From assembly GCA_038111655.1 (NCBI GenBank), contig JAYNLI010000004.1, forward strand, positions 59 to 64,058: a stretch of DNA of 64,000 nt. Direction: 5' to 3'. The position numbers and the translations under genes are program-made. Source of the stretch: Bordetella sp. Lineage in GTDB: Bacteria > Pseudomonadota > Gammaproteobacteria > Burkholderiales > Burkholderiaceae_A. Positions 39,602 to 53,939 of this stretch are shown piece by piece (position 1 is the stretch's first letter; each line of letters opens with the position of its first letter). A model generated the notes under the pieces. It was not told where the DNA came from. It saw nothing but the letters and a program-made list of their open reading frames with translations, and did no database searches.

Positions 39602-40024
39602 TTATGGTTCTCGAATAAAACGTTCTGATGGAATTTGGGAAAGATCAACAGCCGGCAGAGGCACCCAGCCGGCTTTGCGATGTTCAGCAACCACCGTAGT
39701 AAAAATGCCGCCTCGAACGTACCATTTGGCGGTCAGTCGCATGAACCGTGGATCAGTTGCGGCGACCATGGCATCCAATATCTCATTCGTAACCGCCTCG
39801 TGGAAGGCGCCCCTATCTCGAAAGGACCATGCGTAAAGTTTAAGAGCTTTAAGTTCAAGGTTGCGCTGGGAAGGAATGTAATCGAGAACAAGCGTTGCAA
39901 AGTCAGGCTGGCCTGTCAGAGGGCAGAGGCAGGTGAACTCGGGAATTTCGATATGCACGTGGTAGTCCCGCTGAGGGGCGGGGTTCACAAAAGTTTCAAG
40001 CGTTGTAGAAGGCGAGCTAGGCAT
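39602..40024 (-). CDS. queF: PreQ0 reductase, short (unimodular) type
   Basis: [23 protein letters not shown] QueF motif, RGGI. Confidence 0.94.
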   Translation of the reverse strand: MPSSPSTTLETFVNPAPQRDYHVHIEIPEFTCLCPLTGQPDFATLVLDYIPSQRNLELKALKLYAWSFRDRGAFHEAVTNEILDAMVAATDPRFMRLTAKWYVRGGIFTTVVAEHRKAGWVPLPAVDLSQIPSERFIREP

Positions 40025-40214
40025 AAAAGACGAATGGTTTGAGGTTGAGGTTAAGTGAAAGCGTTAGTTAAGCGACGTTACCGAGCAAATGAGATGTAAA
40101 TGGACGACGATTAACACCAAGACTCGAGTGGTATTATACGAAGCTTGAGTCTTTACGAGCCTCGCAGCGAGTTTCCCGAGCATTTCTAGCAATCCTCTTT
40201 AGCTTACCGCCATT

Positions 40215-43200
40215 ATGCGACTCACCCAAATCCGTCTTGCCGGGTTTAAATCTTTTGTTGATCCCACAGGATTGCAACTTACTCGCCAACGGGTTGGCAT
40301 CGTCGGCCCCAATGGCTGCGGGAAAAGTAATGTTATTGATGCGGTGCGCTGGGTTCTTGGCGAATCGAAGGCATCTGAACTCCGAGGGGAGTCGATGCAT
40401 GACGTCATTTTCAATGGCTCAGGCAGTCGTAAACCGGCCGGACGTGCCAGCGTTGAGCTTATTTTTGACAATTCCCTCGGTCGCCTGGGAGGTCCTTGGG
40501 GGCGTTTCGCTGAGCTCTCGGTGAAGCGCGTTCTCGCGCGAGATGGGCAGTCTTCTTACACCATTAACGGTCAGTCGGTTCGACGCAAAGATGTTTACGA
40601 TATTTTTCTAGGAACAGGCCTCGGTCCTCGTGCTTACGCCATTATTGGTCAAGGCATGATCTCTCGCGTTATCGAGTCACGCCCAGAGGAGCTGCGTGTC
40701 TTCCTAGAGGAGGCTGCAGGGGTCTCAAAATATCGCGAGCGTCGGAAGGAAACAGAGCATCGACTTGCCGATGCCCGCGAGAATCTTGCACGTGTCGAGG
40801 ATATTCGACTAGAGCTTGAAAAGCGGGTTGAGGTTTTGTCGGCGCAGGCGGCCGTCGCAGAGCAGTACAACGACCTGACTTCAACCAAGCGCACTCGACA
40901 GACGGTTTTACTCGCTGTGCGTTCGTCTGTATTGCAGCACTCGCAACGACGCTATTCGACAGAACGCCTTGAGGCGGAGAAGCTCTTGGAGTCTATTCGG
41001 TCTAAGCAGGCCACCTTGCTGCGTGAACGCGAAGAGCTTGACGCTCGCTATGTTGAGTTACAGTCCAATCTTCAGTCTGTTCAGGCCTCTGTATTTGAGT
41101 TGAATACGTCCATTGCCCGCCGAGAAGCAGAGGACCATTCGCTTACACAAATTCGAGACCGTTCGATCGCACTTCAGTCCGAGGCTCGGGCAAGTCTGGA
41201 GCAAATCCAAACCGACCACGAGAGATCGACGTCCGCACTCAACGAAGCTCAAGAGTCTCTCGAGACCATTCGGTCAGAGCTCGCCAAGAGGCTCTCCGAT
41301 CGCGATACCGCGGGTCAGGCCGTTCGTCCTGTTGAAGAGGCGGTTGAGGAGCTTAGTAATCAGCTTTCTGAATCCAAGGCCACCCTTGCTGCCTCCGATG
41401 CCGATATTCGTGGCATTACGATGCGTATTCAAGAAACCTCGGCAAGGCAGTTGCAGCACAAAGGCCGGCTTGAGGACCTTCGACAGCAAAGCCAACAGTT
41501 AGAGAAGCTTGATGAATCTGCCTTAACTGCAATTCGCCAACAGTATGCCGAGGCTCTCGAACTTGCCGAGTTGGCAGGCGCCGATCACCGAACCCTAATT
41601 GATCGTGTGGCTCAGGCTGACCAGGCAGTCATTCAAGCAAGGGCTCAGGTGCAGCAAACCACGCTTGAACTTGAGAAGTCGAGAGCAAGCTTGGCCGCTA
41701 ACATTGAAGCTCTTCAAAAAATATCGGCCCGGGAGCGTCTGACCGACTGGCTTGAAGAACGTGCCCTTACAAACGCGAAGGCGGTCTGGTCAGAACTCTC
41801 AGTGCGGCCAGGCTCCGAGCGTGCCATTGAGGCAGCGCTGGGCGATCGCCTCTCCGCTTTAGGTATTGAGGCCTCGGCACTTGAGTCGCTCCTGCGTGCC
41901 GCAGAGCCTCCTTCCCGTATCGGGCTTCATTGGTCCGAGGCCCAGGGGGCACACTCAAAGCTATCGGAACCGACTGACGCACTCTCCTTGGATATTCAGG
42001 GAGAAGGCACCGTTGCCGATCGCTGTAGGCAATGGCTCAAGGGCTTCCGTCGCGCAGACTCTTTTCGCCAGGCCGTTGAGAATCGAGGACAGTTGTCTGA
42101 AGACGAGTTCTGGGTAAGCCCAGAGGGACATATTATTCGCGCGGGCGAACTTCGGTTCTTTGCGAAAGACTCTGCCGACTCTGGCGTCTTAGAGCTCAAA
42201 GCGAAGGTTGAATCACTCGATCGTGACTGCCGGCGGCAAGAGTTCTCTGCCCAAGAGTTGCTGGATCTTTTATCGCGCCGTGAAGATATGCTTCAGGGGC
42301 TGCGTCGCCAGGCCTTGAATGCCCAAGAGACAGAGGCTAAGGCTCGCCAGCGTTTGCACGAGCTTGAGCTTGCCCAGCTTAAGCTCACCGAGAAAGCGGA
42401 GCGTTTGCTGGCCAAAGAGAAAGACCTGTTCGACGCCGAGGCGCTGTTGAATGAGGAGGCCGATCAGCTTGCCCAGCGGATTGAATCGTTGCAGGCTGAG
42501 CAAAAGACCGCCCAGCAGGCGGCCGATCAGCTTCGCGAATCCCTTGCTCAGCTTCAGACCCGACTTGATCAATCGGGTCAGCGCCTTCAGTCAGCGCGTC
42601 AGTCCTTGCTTGAGAAGGACAGCTTTCTGCAAGAGTCCTTGCTCGCAGAGCGCTCGCTCAAAGAACGATGCTCGGGGCTTCAAGAGGCGGCTGCGAATCT
42701 TGAGCAGCGTCGTCGAGAGACCGAAGAACAGTTATCTCGTTTATCAACAGAGCTCGAAGATGCGGTAAGCAAACTGGCTCAAAGCAGCCTTCAGTCTTTG
42801 CTCGCCGAGCGATTGGAAAGGGAGGCATCTCTGGTACAGGCTCGGTCCGTTGCTGACGAGGCAGCCGAGGCTCTGCGCCACAAAGACGAAGAAAGGCTGA
42901 CCCTCGAGCGTGAATCGGATCCTTTCCGAGAGCGAATGATTCAGGCCGATACCGCCCTCGCAGGGGCTCAGGCGGCCTTAGAGCAAATTAGCCAGCAGAT
43001 TCTCGAGTCGGGACTTGAGGTTGATGAGTTAATTCAAAGCTGGCCTGATCGTATGCCCCCTCCCGAACTTCCAGAGGCCTCGAACCTTCAAGCAGAGATC
43101 AATCGTCTGCAGCGCGAAATTGATGCTCTTGGTGCGGTGAATCTTGCAGCCCTTGCCGAGCTTGAGCAGGCTAATGAGCGCCAGACTTTTCTTCGGGCGC

Positions 43201-43748
43201 AGGCCGATGACCTTCAGGGTGCAGTTGAGACGCTTGAGGACGCGATTCGAAAGATTGATCGCGAAAGCCGTGCATTACTGCAGTCGACTTATGACACCGT
43301 TAACGATAATTTTGGGCGGCTTTTCCCAACCCTATTCGGTGGCGGTGAGGCGCGGCTTGTTTTAACAGGCGAGGAAATTTTAGACAGCGGCATACAGGTC
43401 ATGGCGCAACCGCCAGGCAAGAAGAACACCACTATTCATCTTCTTTCGGGCGGCGAAAAAACCCTAACAGCAATTGCCCTTGTCTTCGCCTTGTTCCAGC
43501 TCAATCCAGCACCTTTCTGTTTGTTAGATGAGGTGGACGCGCCCTTGGATGATCCGAATACCGAGCGGCTCTCGCGCCTTATCGAGAAAATGTCCGAGGC
43601 GACTCAATTTATTTTTATTACGCACAACAAGATATCCATGGAGCTTGCCGAGCATCTTGTCGGAGTGACCATGCAAGAGCAAGGCGTCTCGCGACTGGTT
43701 GCTGTTGATCTTGATATGGCAAGTAGCTTTGTGCGGGATGCTGCCTAG
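40215..43748 (+). CDS. smc: Chromosome segregation protein SMC
   Basis: GFKSF, GPNGCGKSN, coiled coils and hinge, LSGGEK, LDEVDAPLD. Confidence 0.97.
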   Translation: MRLTQIRLAGFKSFVDPTGLQLTRQRVGIVGPNGCGKSNVIDAVRWVLGESKASELRGESMHDVIFNGSGSRKPAGRASVELIFDNSLGRLGGPWGRFAELSVKRVLARDGQSSYTINGQSVRRKDVYDIFLGTGLGPRAYAIIGQGMISRVIESRPEELRVFLEEAAGVSKYRERRKETEHRLADARENLARVEDIRLELEKRVEVLSAQAAVAEQYNDLTSTKRTRQTVLLAVRSSVLQHSQRRYSTERLEAEKLLESIRSKQATLLREREELDARYVELQSNLQSVQASVFELNTSIARREAEDHSLTQIRDRSIALQSEARASLEQIQTDHERSTSALNEAQESLETIRSELAKRLSDRDTAGQAVRPVEEAVEELSNQLSESKATLAASDADIRGITMRIQETSARQLQHKGRLEDLRQQSQQLEKLDESALTAIRQQYAEALELAELAGADHRTLIDRVAQADQAVIQARAQVQQTTLELEKSRASLAANIEALQKISARERLTDWLEERALTNAKAVWSELSVRPGSERAIEAALGDRLSALGIEASALESLLRAAEPPSRIGLHWSEAQGAHSKLSEPTDALSLDIQGEGTVADRCRQWLKGFRRADSFRQAVENRGQLSEDEFWVSPEGHIIRAGELRFFAKDSADSGVLELKAKVESLDRDCRRQEFSAQELLDLLSRREDMLQGLRRQALNAQETEAKARQRLHELELAQLKLTEKAERLLAKEKDLFDAEALLNEEADQLAQRIESLQAEQKTAQQAADQLRESLAQLQTRLDQSGQRLQSARQSLLEKDSFLQESLLAERSLKERCSGLQEAAANLEQRRRETEEQLSRLSTELEDAVSKLAQSSLQSLLAERLEREASLVQARSVADEAAEALRHKDEERLTLERESDPFRERMIQADTALAGAQAALEQISQQILESGLEVDELIQSWPDRMPPPELPEASNLQAEINRLQREIDALGAVNLAALAELEQANERQTFLRAQADDLQGAVETLEDAIRKIDRESRALLQSTYDTVNDNFGRLFPTLFGGGEARLVLTGEEILDSGIQVMAQPPGKKNTTIHLLSGGEKTLTAIALVFALFQLNPAPFCLLDEVDAPLDDPNTERLSRLIEKMSEATQFIFITHNKISMELAEHLVGVTMQEQGVSRLVAVDLDMASSFVRDAA

Positions 43749-43754
43749 CTTGTG

Positions 43755-44768
43755 ATGGAGGCTATAGGCTGGGACTCCCTTTGGGTGGCCCTTGGTTTGT
43801 TGGCTTTGGGTCTCTTGTTGGCGGTTGCCGTGCTTAACCTTATTGAGTTGCGGCAGCATCGCAAGGCCGGTGAGGTCACTGGTTTTTGGGGCCGCTCTGA
43901 GACTCAAGAGGTCGCGGAACGTACTGCAACCCCGGTGACCAGTGAACCCCTAGGTGAGGCCGTCGACATTGACAGCCCATCCGTATCAGAGCCTCGTGAA
44001 GTGTTGAGCGGTGTTCAAGACGATAACTGGGATGGACCGACGGTGTTCGAGGTGGCCATCTGTTTTGAGTGTCTTGGCCGTATGCCAGAGACCGTACTTA
44101 ATGAGCTTCGGACTGTACGACGAATTGGCTCTAAGCCAGCACGCTGTATTGAAGGCCCGGGGTTTCACCAGGCCTGCCTTGCCATTGCACTTGCGGGACG
44201 CTCAGGCTTTCTGAACCTGCTTGAGCTTGACGAATTTTCAGCGCGTTGTGATGAGCTCGCGGCGTCTCTCGAGCTGACAATCACGAGTTCGAATCTGGAT
44301 CCTTCGGAGGTGATCCGTCTTGCGCGTCAGGCGGAGGAACAATTACTTGCACTTGATGCTCAGGTTCAGTTCAACCTGGTTACCGATCGGGCCCCCAGCC
44401 TTGCTTCAATCGAGAAGGCTGCGAGGCATGCGGGACTTTTAACCTGGGGAAAGGGCCGTTTCTTCATGCAGCACGAAGGCTCGGATGACATCGTCTTTAG
44501 CGTCTTACCTGGTGACCAAGGTGCCTTACTTGGCTTTATGATGGACTTGCCGCGGGTTGATGAGCCAGCAAGGGCATGGTCGGCCATGGTGGTGGCAGCA
44601 CGATCTATCCAGCAGAGCCTTGGAGGTCAATTAGTTGATGAGCGCAACGTTACTTTGGATGAGCGGGCCTTCGCTGTAATTGCAACGCAGATACAGCAAA
44701 GGGTGCGTGCGCTGGTTGATGCGGGTTTGGTGCCTGGAGGCGACCTTTCTAAACGAATCTTTACTTAA
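43755..44768 (+). CDS. zipA: ZipA-like cell division protein
   Basis: N-terminal TM anchor, acidic linker, C-terminal DLPRV..LGG.LVD..G..PG...RIF domain; smc-zipA-ligA synteny. Confidence 0.78.
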   Translation: MEAIGWDSLWVALGLLALGLLLAVAVLNLIELRQHRKAGEVTGFWGRSETQEVAERTATPVTSEPLGEAVDIDSPSVSEPREVLSGVQDDNWDGPTVFEVAICFECLGRMPETVLNELRTVRRIGSKPARCIEGPGFHQACLAIALAGRSGFLNLLELDEFSARCDELAASLELTITSSNLDPSEVIRLARQAEEQLLALDAQVQFNLVTDRAPSLASIEKAARHAGLLTWGKGRFFMQHEGSDDIVFSVLPGDQGALLGFMMDLPRVDEPARAWSAMVVAARSIQQSLGGQLVDERNVTLDERAFAVIATQIQQRVRALVDAGLVPGGDLSKRIFT

Positions 44769-47790
<3,022 letters not shown>

Positions 47791-47808
47791 TTGTTCGGTC
47801 AATTCTAA

Positions 47809-50472
47809 TCAGGCCGCAAGGTCTTGATTCGTGTCCACTGCGTTTAAAAGGTCTGCCTCAAGCTTGACCTGGAAGGCCTCGCGCTCAAGGCCTGAACCCT
47901 TGATCAAAAAGATATCCTCGGCCCGTTCACCAAGGGTTGCAACTCGGGCTGCGTGGATGGTGATCTTATACTGGGCAAGGCAACGGGAAATTGCATAAAG
48001 CAGTCCTGAACGGTCTGTGGCAGCAATGGACAAAATGTAGAACTCTTGACGAGCATCGGGTGACAGCGTCACCGAGGCCGGAACAGGGAAGTGTCGAGAC
48101 TGTCGGGATTGACGGCCCTGCCCAACAGGTGGCAGGGTTACATTCGCACTAAGCCAAGTCGGAAGTCCGGCCTCGATAAGGCTTAGCATTTCTCTTGAGT
48201 GACCAGGATAGGCCTGGTGATCGAGAACAAAGGCATCGAGGGCATAGCCGTTACGCGTCGTATGAATTCGCGCATCGAGGACAGGCAGATTGTGTTGATA
48301 AAAATAAGCGGTAATTCTCGCAAAGAGCTCGTCGGAGTCGTTGGTGTAGGCGACAACCTGCAGTCCCTCCTGGTTCGGTGCCAGTCGGGCAAAAACTCGG
48401 GTTCCTACGGCAACACATGGGTAGGCAAGGTGCCGGGCGTGCCAGGCAATTTCGGCCGCGGAGTGTCTTTGGAAATAACTTGCCTCAAGCGCTCGCCAGA
48501 AAACGCGTGCTGGCTCGGCTGACTGCCCGAGTTGATGCAGTGTCTGCTCGGCTTGTTTGCGTTTGTCGTTCGTACTTTGTCCGAGCACGGTCTGGGCTGA
48601 CTGCAAGAAGTCGCCCTTGCCGCGAGCTTTTATGAGAACGAGTGATTTTTGGTAAAGCTCTTCAAGAAGTTTGGCTTTCCAGGCATTCCAAACCTTTGGG
48701 CTGGTGCCACGAATATCGGAGACCGTTAGGGCGTAAAGCGCTTTAAGCCGTTCTTCGGTTTTTACCAGATCGACAAATCGATGAATAACATCGGGATCCG
48801 CTAAGTCTTGCTTCTGAGCGAACGATGACATCGTGAGATGCTCCTGAACAAGAAAAACCAGCAGATCTTGGTCAGTCTGGCGGAGCCCGTAGCTTTTACA
48901 AAATCGAGCCACCTCTTTTGCTCCGAGGTCGGAATGATCGCCCCCGCGACCTTTTGCAATGTCATGAAAGAGCGCCGCTAAGTACAGTCGCCAAGTCTCT
49001 GGAAGCTCCTCGACCACTTCTGTGAGAAGCGGAAACTCGTGCGCGTGCTCGTGCATGTGCAGTCGTCGAAGGTTCCGTATGACCTGCAGAATATGTTGAT
49101 CGACGGTGTAGACGTGGAAGAGGTCGTGCTGCATCTGGCCAACAATTCGTCGAAAAACAGGCAACATCCGGCCCAAGAGTCCAAGGTCATTCATGATACG
49201 AAGCGCATGCACGATGCCCCTTGGCTGTTTGAAAATTTCTAGAAACAACATTTTGTTGTTGGGGCTTTCTCGAAAGTTGCGATCAACCAGCTCACGATTG
49301 TTCCAAAGCGCTCGCAGCGTCCGCGCTGTCATGCCTCGATGGCTACTCTCTCTCTGCATGACCAGAAAGCTTCTTAGCAAGAGCGGCGGGTCCTCTTGAA
49401 AAAGAGACTCGTCACGAATATCCAGTAGTCCGCGGACTTCAGAGAAAGAGTCGTCAATCTTTCGACCCTCGGGCTTAGCCTCATGACCCTTTGTTGTTAT
49501 CTTGCCGACATCGTGAACCATTTTTGAGGGCGGGACGTCAAGTTCCGCGAGCAAGATGGCCGTCACTTTGTAAATGACTTTGGCCGCGCGATAGTATCGC
49601 TGCATAAGAAGTTCACTTGCGCGTCGACCTTTTGTTGCTTCCATGCCCAACTGGGCGGCGAGCCTGTTCTGTAGATCGAAGACAAGCCGGTCTTCTCTAC
49701 GGTTAGCCAGGAGATGAAGCTGGGCCCGTAGGTTCAGTAAAACAGTCTGGTGCTGTTGCAGTTGTCGAGATTCTTCCGAGGTAAGAAGGCCTCTTGTTTC
49801 TAGAGCTTTCCAGGTTGTTCCAACCCCAAGGGAGGTGGCAATCCATCGAATGACTTGCAGGTCGCGCAGACCGCCAGGGCTCTCTTTGATGTTGGGTTCA
49901 AGCGAGTAGGGCGAGTCTTGAAATCGTGCGTGCCTCTGACGCAATTCAAGTTTTTTACCTTGAACAAACCATTCGAGGCTTATTGATGACTGCCACCTTG
50001 CTTGAAGCTCGCTAAGTAAGGCTTGGGGGCCTGCAAGCAGGCGCGACTCAAGCAACGCAGTTGCAACGGTAAGATCGCCCTGGGCCTGACGAATGCATTC
50101 GTCAACATCGCGAACGCTGTGACCCGCATCTAGGCCAATATCCCAAAGTGCCGTAACGAACCCAGCAATGGCCGCCTCATGGTGCTGCGCATCGCTGGCC
50201 TTCGGCAATAAAATAAGAAGGTCAATATCGGAAAAAGGGGCAAGCTCACCGCGACCGTACCCCCCGACGGCAACCAGTGCCACCTTGGGGAGGTCAGCGC
50301 TCTCCCAAAGGCACTTCAGGCAGTCATCAATGGCAAGGCTTAACTGTTGACTGAGCTGTACGGGGTTGCCCTGGGCTTGCCAGCCTTGGGAGTTCTTAAT
50401 GCGGCAATCTTTAACTCGTTGTCGAAGCGCTTGCGTCGAATGAGTTTTGTTGCCCGTGTCCGAGGCTTCCAT
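47809..50472 (-). CDS. glnD: PII uridylyltransferase/uridylyl-removing enzyme
   Basis: AVGGYGRGEL.P.SDID, KESPGGLRD, HD domain, two ACT domains. Confidence 0.97.
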   Translation of the reverse strand: MEASDTGNKTHSTQALRQRVKDCRIKNSQGWQAQGNPVQLSQQLSLAIDDCLKCLWESADLPKVALVAVGGYGRGELAPFSDIDLLILLPKASDAQHHEAAIAGFVTALWDIGLDAGHSVRDVDECIRQAQGDLTVATALLESRLLAGPQALLSELQARWQSSISLEWFVQGKKLELRQRHARFQDSPYSLEPNIKESPGGLRDLQVIRWIATSLGVGTTWKALETRGLLTSEESRQLQQHQTVLLNLRAQLHLLANRREDRLVFDLQNRLAAQLGMEATKGRRASELLMQRYYRAAKVIYKVTAILLAELDVPPSKMVHDVGKITTKGHEAKPEGRKIDDSFSEVRGLLDIRDESLFQEDPPLLLRSFLVMQRESSHRGMTARTLRALWNNRELVDRNFRESPNNKMLFLEIFKQPRGIVHALRIMNDLGLLGRMLPVFRRIVGQMQHDLFHVYTVDQHILQVIRNLRRLHMHEHAHEFPLLTEVVEELPETWRLYLAALFHDIAKGRGGDHSDLGAKEVARFCKSYGLRQTDQDLLVFLVQEHLTMSSFAQKQDLADPDVIHRFVDLVKTEERLKALYALTVSDIRGTSPKVWNAWKAKLLEELYQKSLVLIKARGKGDFLQSAQTVLGQSTNDKRKQAEQTLHQLGQSAEPARVFWRALEASYFQRHSAAEIAWHARHLAYPCVAVGTRVFARLAPNQEGLQVVAYTNDSDELFARITAYFYQHNLPVLDARIHTTRNGYALDAFVLDHQAYPGHSREMLSLIEAGLPTWLSANVTLPPVGQGRQSRQSRHFPVPASVTLSPDARQEFYILSIAATDRSGLLYAISRCLAQYKITIHAARVATLGERAEDIFLIKGSGLEREAFQVKLEADLLNAVDTNQDLAA

Positions 50473-50525
50473 GCAATTTGGGGTTGAAAAAGGAACGGTC
50501 GATGCGACGATGGGCTCCTAGTTGG

Positions 50526-51341
50526 CTAGATGCTTGCGTGGCTTGGTCGGGTGCGAGCCCAATCGGGACTGCCTTCTGAGACCGTGAGCACCTCGAAGCC
50601 AGATTCCGTTACAAGGATGGTGTGCTCCCATTGCGCGGAGAGGCTGTGATCTTTGGTGACGATCGTCCAGCCATCGGCCAGTTCGCGTATCTCAGGCCGA
50701 CCTAGATTGATCATGGGCTCGATGGTAAAGGTCATGCCCGCCTGAAGCTTTAAGCCTGTGCCGGGCTTACCGTAGTGGAGCACCTGAGGTTCCTCATGAA
50801 AAACTTTACCAATCCCATGACCGCAGAATTCACGAACGACCGAGTAACCCGAGGCTTCGGCATGTTGTTGAATGGCATGACCGATATCGCCTAGTGCTCG
50901 GCCCGGCGCGACCTGCTCAATACCCCTCCAGAGGCATGCGTGCGTGACTTCGCAAAGGCGTTTAGCCGCAATTGAGGGGGCCCCTACGTAAAACATGCGG
51001 CTTGTGTCTCCGTGATAGCCGTCTTTAATGACAGTGATATCCACATTCACCACATCGCCTCCTTTGAGCATCTTGGAGCCAGGTATTCCATGGCAGACCT
51101 GATGGTTGACGGAGGTGCAGACCGATTTGGGATAGGGCGAGTAGCCCGGCGGGCAGTAATTCAAAGGCGCAGGGATGGTTTGCTGGACATTGACCATGTA
51201 GTCATGACAGATCTGGTCGATAGCCTCGGTCGTAATTCCGGGCCGGATTTGAGGAGCGAGATGGTCAAGCACTTCGGAGGCAAGCCGGCCAGCAACCCGC
51301 ATGCCTTCAATGTCTTGAGCTGATTTGATAGAAACTGGCAT
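50526..51341 (-). CDS. map: Methionine aminopeptidase type I
   Basis: CHGIP, HGDTSRMF, GHGIG..FHE, SAQWEHT. Confidence 0.98.
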   Translation of the reverse strand: MPVSIKSAQDIEGMRVAGRLASEVLDHLAPQIRPGITTEAIDQICHDYMVNVQQTIPAPLNYCPPGYSPYPKSVCTSVNHQVCHGIPGSKMLKGGDVVNVDITVIKDGYHGDTSRMFYVGAPSIAAKRLCEVTHACLWRGIEQVAPGRALGDIGHAIQQHAEASGYSVVREFCGHGIGKVFHEEPQVLHYGKPGTGLKLQAGMTFTIEPMINLGRPEIRELADGWTIVTKDHSLSAQWEHTILVTESGFEVLTVSEGSPDWARTRPSHASI

Positions 51342-51354
51342 AACTGCTTATAAT
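51325..51354 (+). promoter_or_regulatory. Sigma-70 promoter for rpsB-tsf overlapping the map start
   Basis: TTGATA-N18-TATAAT. Confidence 0.6.
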
Positions 51355-51378
51355 TTCATGTTTTTTTTAAAAAATGTG

Positions 51379-51434
51379 GTCCTCGATGCAAGGGTGTCTT
51401 TAAAAAAGACCGTGTCGAGGGCTAATCCTAACCC
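51379..51434 (+). ncRNA. rpsB (S2) autoregulatory leader
   Basis: Stem CCTCGATGC/GTGTCGAGG with internal GGGTG, inner hairpin GTCTT/AAGAC and downstream AACCC able to pair with GGGT, as in known S2 leaders. Confidence 0.7.
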
Positions 51435-51452
51435 TTGCCGGAGATAAACTCT

Positions 51453-52211
51453 ATGTCAACCGTATCCATGCGTGAGATGCTTGAGGCTGGTGTCCATTTT
51501 GGTCACCAGACTCGTTTTTGGAATCCTAAAATGTCTCAGTACATTTTCGGGCACCGTAGCAAGATTCACATTATCAACCTTGAGGCCACTGTGGCAAATA
51601 TGAATGATGCTCTTAGCTTCATTCGCAAACTATCGTCGCGACGAGGCTCTGTGCTGTTTGTTGGCACCAAGCGCGCATCCCGTGAAATTATTCAAGAAGA
51701 AGCAACCCGAGCTGGCATGCCTTATGTTGACCAACGTTGGCTTGGCGGCATGCTAACAAACTTCAAAACCGTGAAGACATCCATAAAGCGGCTCAAGGAA
51801 ATGGAAGCCAACGTCGAAGAGGGCGGCCTTGAGCGTATGTCTAAAAAAGAGGGTCTGCGTTTCGAGCGCGAACTTGAGAAGCTTGATAAAGCTCTGGGTG
51901 GTATCAAAGACATGAACGGACTTCCTGATGCTATGTTTGTCGTTGATGTCGGCTATCACAAGATAGCCATACAAGAAGCCAACAAGCTGGGTATTCCAGT
52001 GGTTGGTGTCGTTGACACTAACCATTCTCCCGAGGGTATCGATTACGTTATTCCCGGCAACGACGATGCAAGTCGTGCAGTTCGCCTTTATGCAAGTGCT
52101 TTGGCAGATGCCATTCTGCAGGGCCGAACCGAGGCTGTCTCAGATCTCGTGCAGACCATTCAAGAGTCTGAAGAATTCGTTGAAGTGGATGCGCCCGAGG
52201 CCACAGCCTAA
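51453..52211 (+). CDS. rpsB: 30S ribosomal protein S2
   Basis: [34 protein letters not shown]. Confidence 0.99.
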   Translation: MSTVSMREMLEAGVHFGHQTRFWNPKMSQYIFGHRSKIHIINLEATVANMNDALSFIRKLSSRRGSVLFVGTKRASREIIQEEATRAGMPYVDQRWLGGMLTNFKTVKTSIKRLKEMEANVEEGGLERMSKKEGLRFERELEKLDKALGGIKDMNGLPDAMFVVDVGYHKIAIQEANKLGIPVVGVVDTNHSPEGIDYVIPGNDDASRAVRLYASALADAILQGRTEAVSDLVQTIQESEEFVEVDAPEATA

Positions 52212-52255
52212 TTGCAGACCTCATGTTGTTTTGACCGCTATTAATGGAGTAAACA

Positions 52256-53149
52256 ATGCCTGATATTTCAGCAAGCATGGTAAAAGAGTTACGAGAGAAG
52301 ACCGATGCGCCCATGATGGAGTGCAAAAAGGCCTTAACCGAGGCCGATGGTGACCTTGAGAAAGCCGAAGAGATTCTTCGTGTTCGTCTGGGCTCGAAAG
52401 CAAGCAAAGCAGCATCACGCGTTGCCGCCGAGGGGGTGGTTGCCATTGCAACTCGAGAGTCCTTGGCCGCCATTGTGGAGCTTAATTGCGAGACAGATTT
52501 TGTTGCTAAGAACGATGATTTCTTGGGCTTTGCGGCGGATCTCGCCCGTATCGCTATGGATCAGGGGTCGGTAACGACGGTGGATGCTTTATCGGCGCAG
52601 TCCTTGTCAGGCCAGACGGTTGAGAAAGTTCGTACCGCCCTTATCGGTAAGCTCGGCGAAAATGTCTCCGTGCGACGCTTTCGACGGGTCGAGGCTAAAG
52701 GGCGGTTTTATACCTACATTCATGGTGGCGCCAAAATAGGTGTTCTGCTTGATCTTGTCGGTGGTGATGAAGCCCTTGGCCGTGATATTGCAATGCACAT
52801 TGCCGCAAGTAAGCCTCGCTCGCTTGACGCGTCAGGCGTCGACGCTCAGCTTATAGAGGCCGAGCGCCGCGTCGCGAAAGAAAAGGCAGCAGAGTCAGGC
52901 AAGCCGGCCGAGATTGTAGAGAAGATGGTAGAGGGCGCCGTTCAGAAATTTCTTAAGGAAGTGACTCTGCTTGGTCAGGTCTTTGTAAGAGCCGAGGACG
53001 GTAAGCAGACCATTGAGCAACTGCTTAAGTCGAAGTCAGCAAGTATTGCGAGCTTCGTTCTCTTCATCGTCGGCGAAGGCATTGAGAAAAAACAGACCGA
53101 CTTTGCTGCCGAGGTGGCTGCGCAGTCTGCTGCAGCGCGCGCCGCTTAG
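52256..53149 (+). CDS. tsf: Elongation factor Ts
   Basis: [23 protein letters not shown]. Confidence 0.99.
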   Translation: MPDISASMVKELREKTDAPMMECKKALTEADGDLEKAEEILRVRLGSKASKAASRVAAEGVVAIATRESLAAIVELNCETDFVAKNDDFLGFAADLARIAMDQGSVTTVDALSAQSLSGQTVEKVRTALIGKLGENVSVRRFRRVEAKGRFYTYIHGGAKIGVLLDLVGGDEALGRDIAMHIAASKPRSLDASGVDAQLIEAERRVAKEKAAESGKPAEIVEKMVEGAVQKFLKEVTLLGQVFVRAEDGKQTIEQLLKSKSASIASFVLFIVGEGIEKKQTDFAAEVAAQSAAARAA

Positions 53150-53179
53150 GGAGTTGAGTCTTCTACGCATGCAACTGAA

Positions 53180-53896
53180 ATGAGTCAACAGGCTTATCGA
53201 CGTATCCTACTGAAGTTGTCAGGCGAAGCCCTTATGGGTGATGATGCTTACGGCATTAATAAGGCTACGATCGACAGTATTGTTGACGAAATTTCGAAGG
53301 TAGTCTTGACCGGGGTGCAGCTCGCAATCGTTATTGGAGGGGGTAACATCTTTCGCGGTGTAGCGCTTGGTGCCTCGGGTATGGATCGGGCAACAGCCGA
53401 CTACATGGGCATGATCGCTACGGTGATGAACGCCTTGGCACTTCAGGATGCAATGCGCCAAAAGAATATCGAGGCTCGAGTCCAGTCAGCGCTTCGAATT
53501 GACCAGGTTGTTGAGCCCTACATTCGTCCAAAGGCCATTCGCTATCTTGAAGAGGGTAAAGCTCTGATATTTGCGGCTGGCACGGGCAACCCTTTCTTTA
53601 CAACCGACACCGCCGCAGCCTTGCGTGGTGCCGAGATTGGCGCTGAGATTGTTCTTAAAGCCACGAAAGTCGATGGCATTTACAGTGCCGATCCTTTCAA
53701 AGCGGCAGATGCCACTCGGTTTCAGACCCTTAGCTTCGATGAGGCTATTTCCAAGAACCTTCGTGTTATGGATGCAACCGCTTTCGCCTTATGCCGAGAC
53801 CAGCGGTTACCTATTCGTGTCATTAGTCTGATGAAGCCAGGCGCTTTGCTAAGAGCCGCTCAGGGTGATTCGGAAGGCACTTTGGTTCATGTCTAA
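53180..53896 (+). CDS. pyrH: UMP kinase
   Basis: [27 protein letters not shown]. Confidence 0.98.
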   Translation: MSQQAYRRILLKLSGEALMGDDAYGINKATIDSIVDEISKVVLTGVQLAIVIGGGNIFRGVALGASGMDRATADYMGMIATVMNALALQDAMRQKNIEARVQSALRIDQVVEPYIRPKAIRYLEEGKALIFAAGTGNPFFTTDTAAALRGAEIGAEIVLKATKVDGIYSADPFKAADATRFQTLSFDEAISKNLRVMDATAFALCRDQRLPIRVISLMKPGALLRAAQGDSEGTLVHV

Positions 53897-53939
53897 ATGT
53901 GTCTGAAATAAAAGCCCGCTATCACTGGAGTAAAGAACA

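Noticed and set aside
40160-40200. Minus-strand AGAGGATTGCTAG upstream of queF, faintly like a preQ1-I riboswitch
   Set aside because: No proper P1 closure or A-rich tail, and it lies upstream of the likely -10, so outside the transcript
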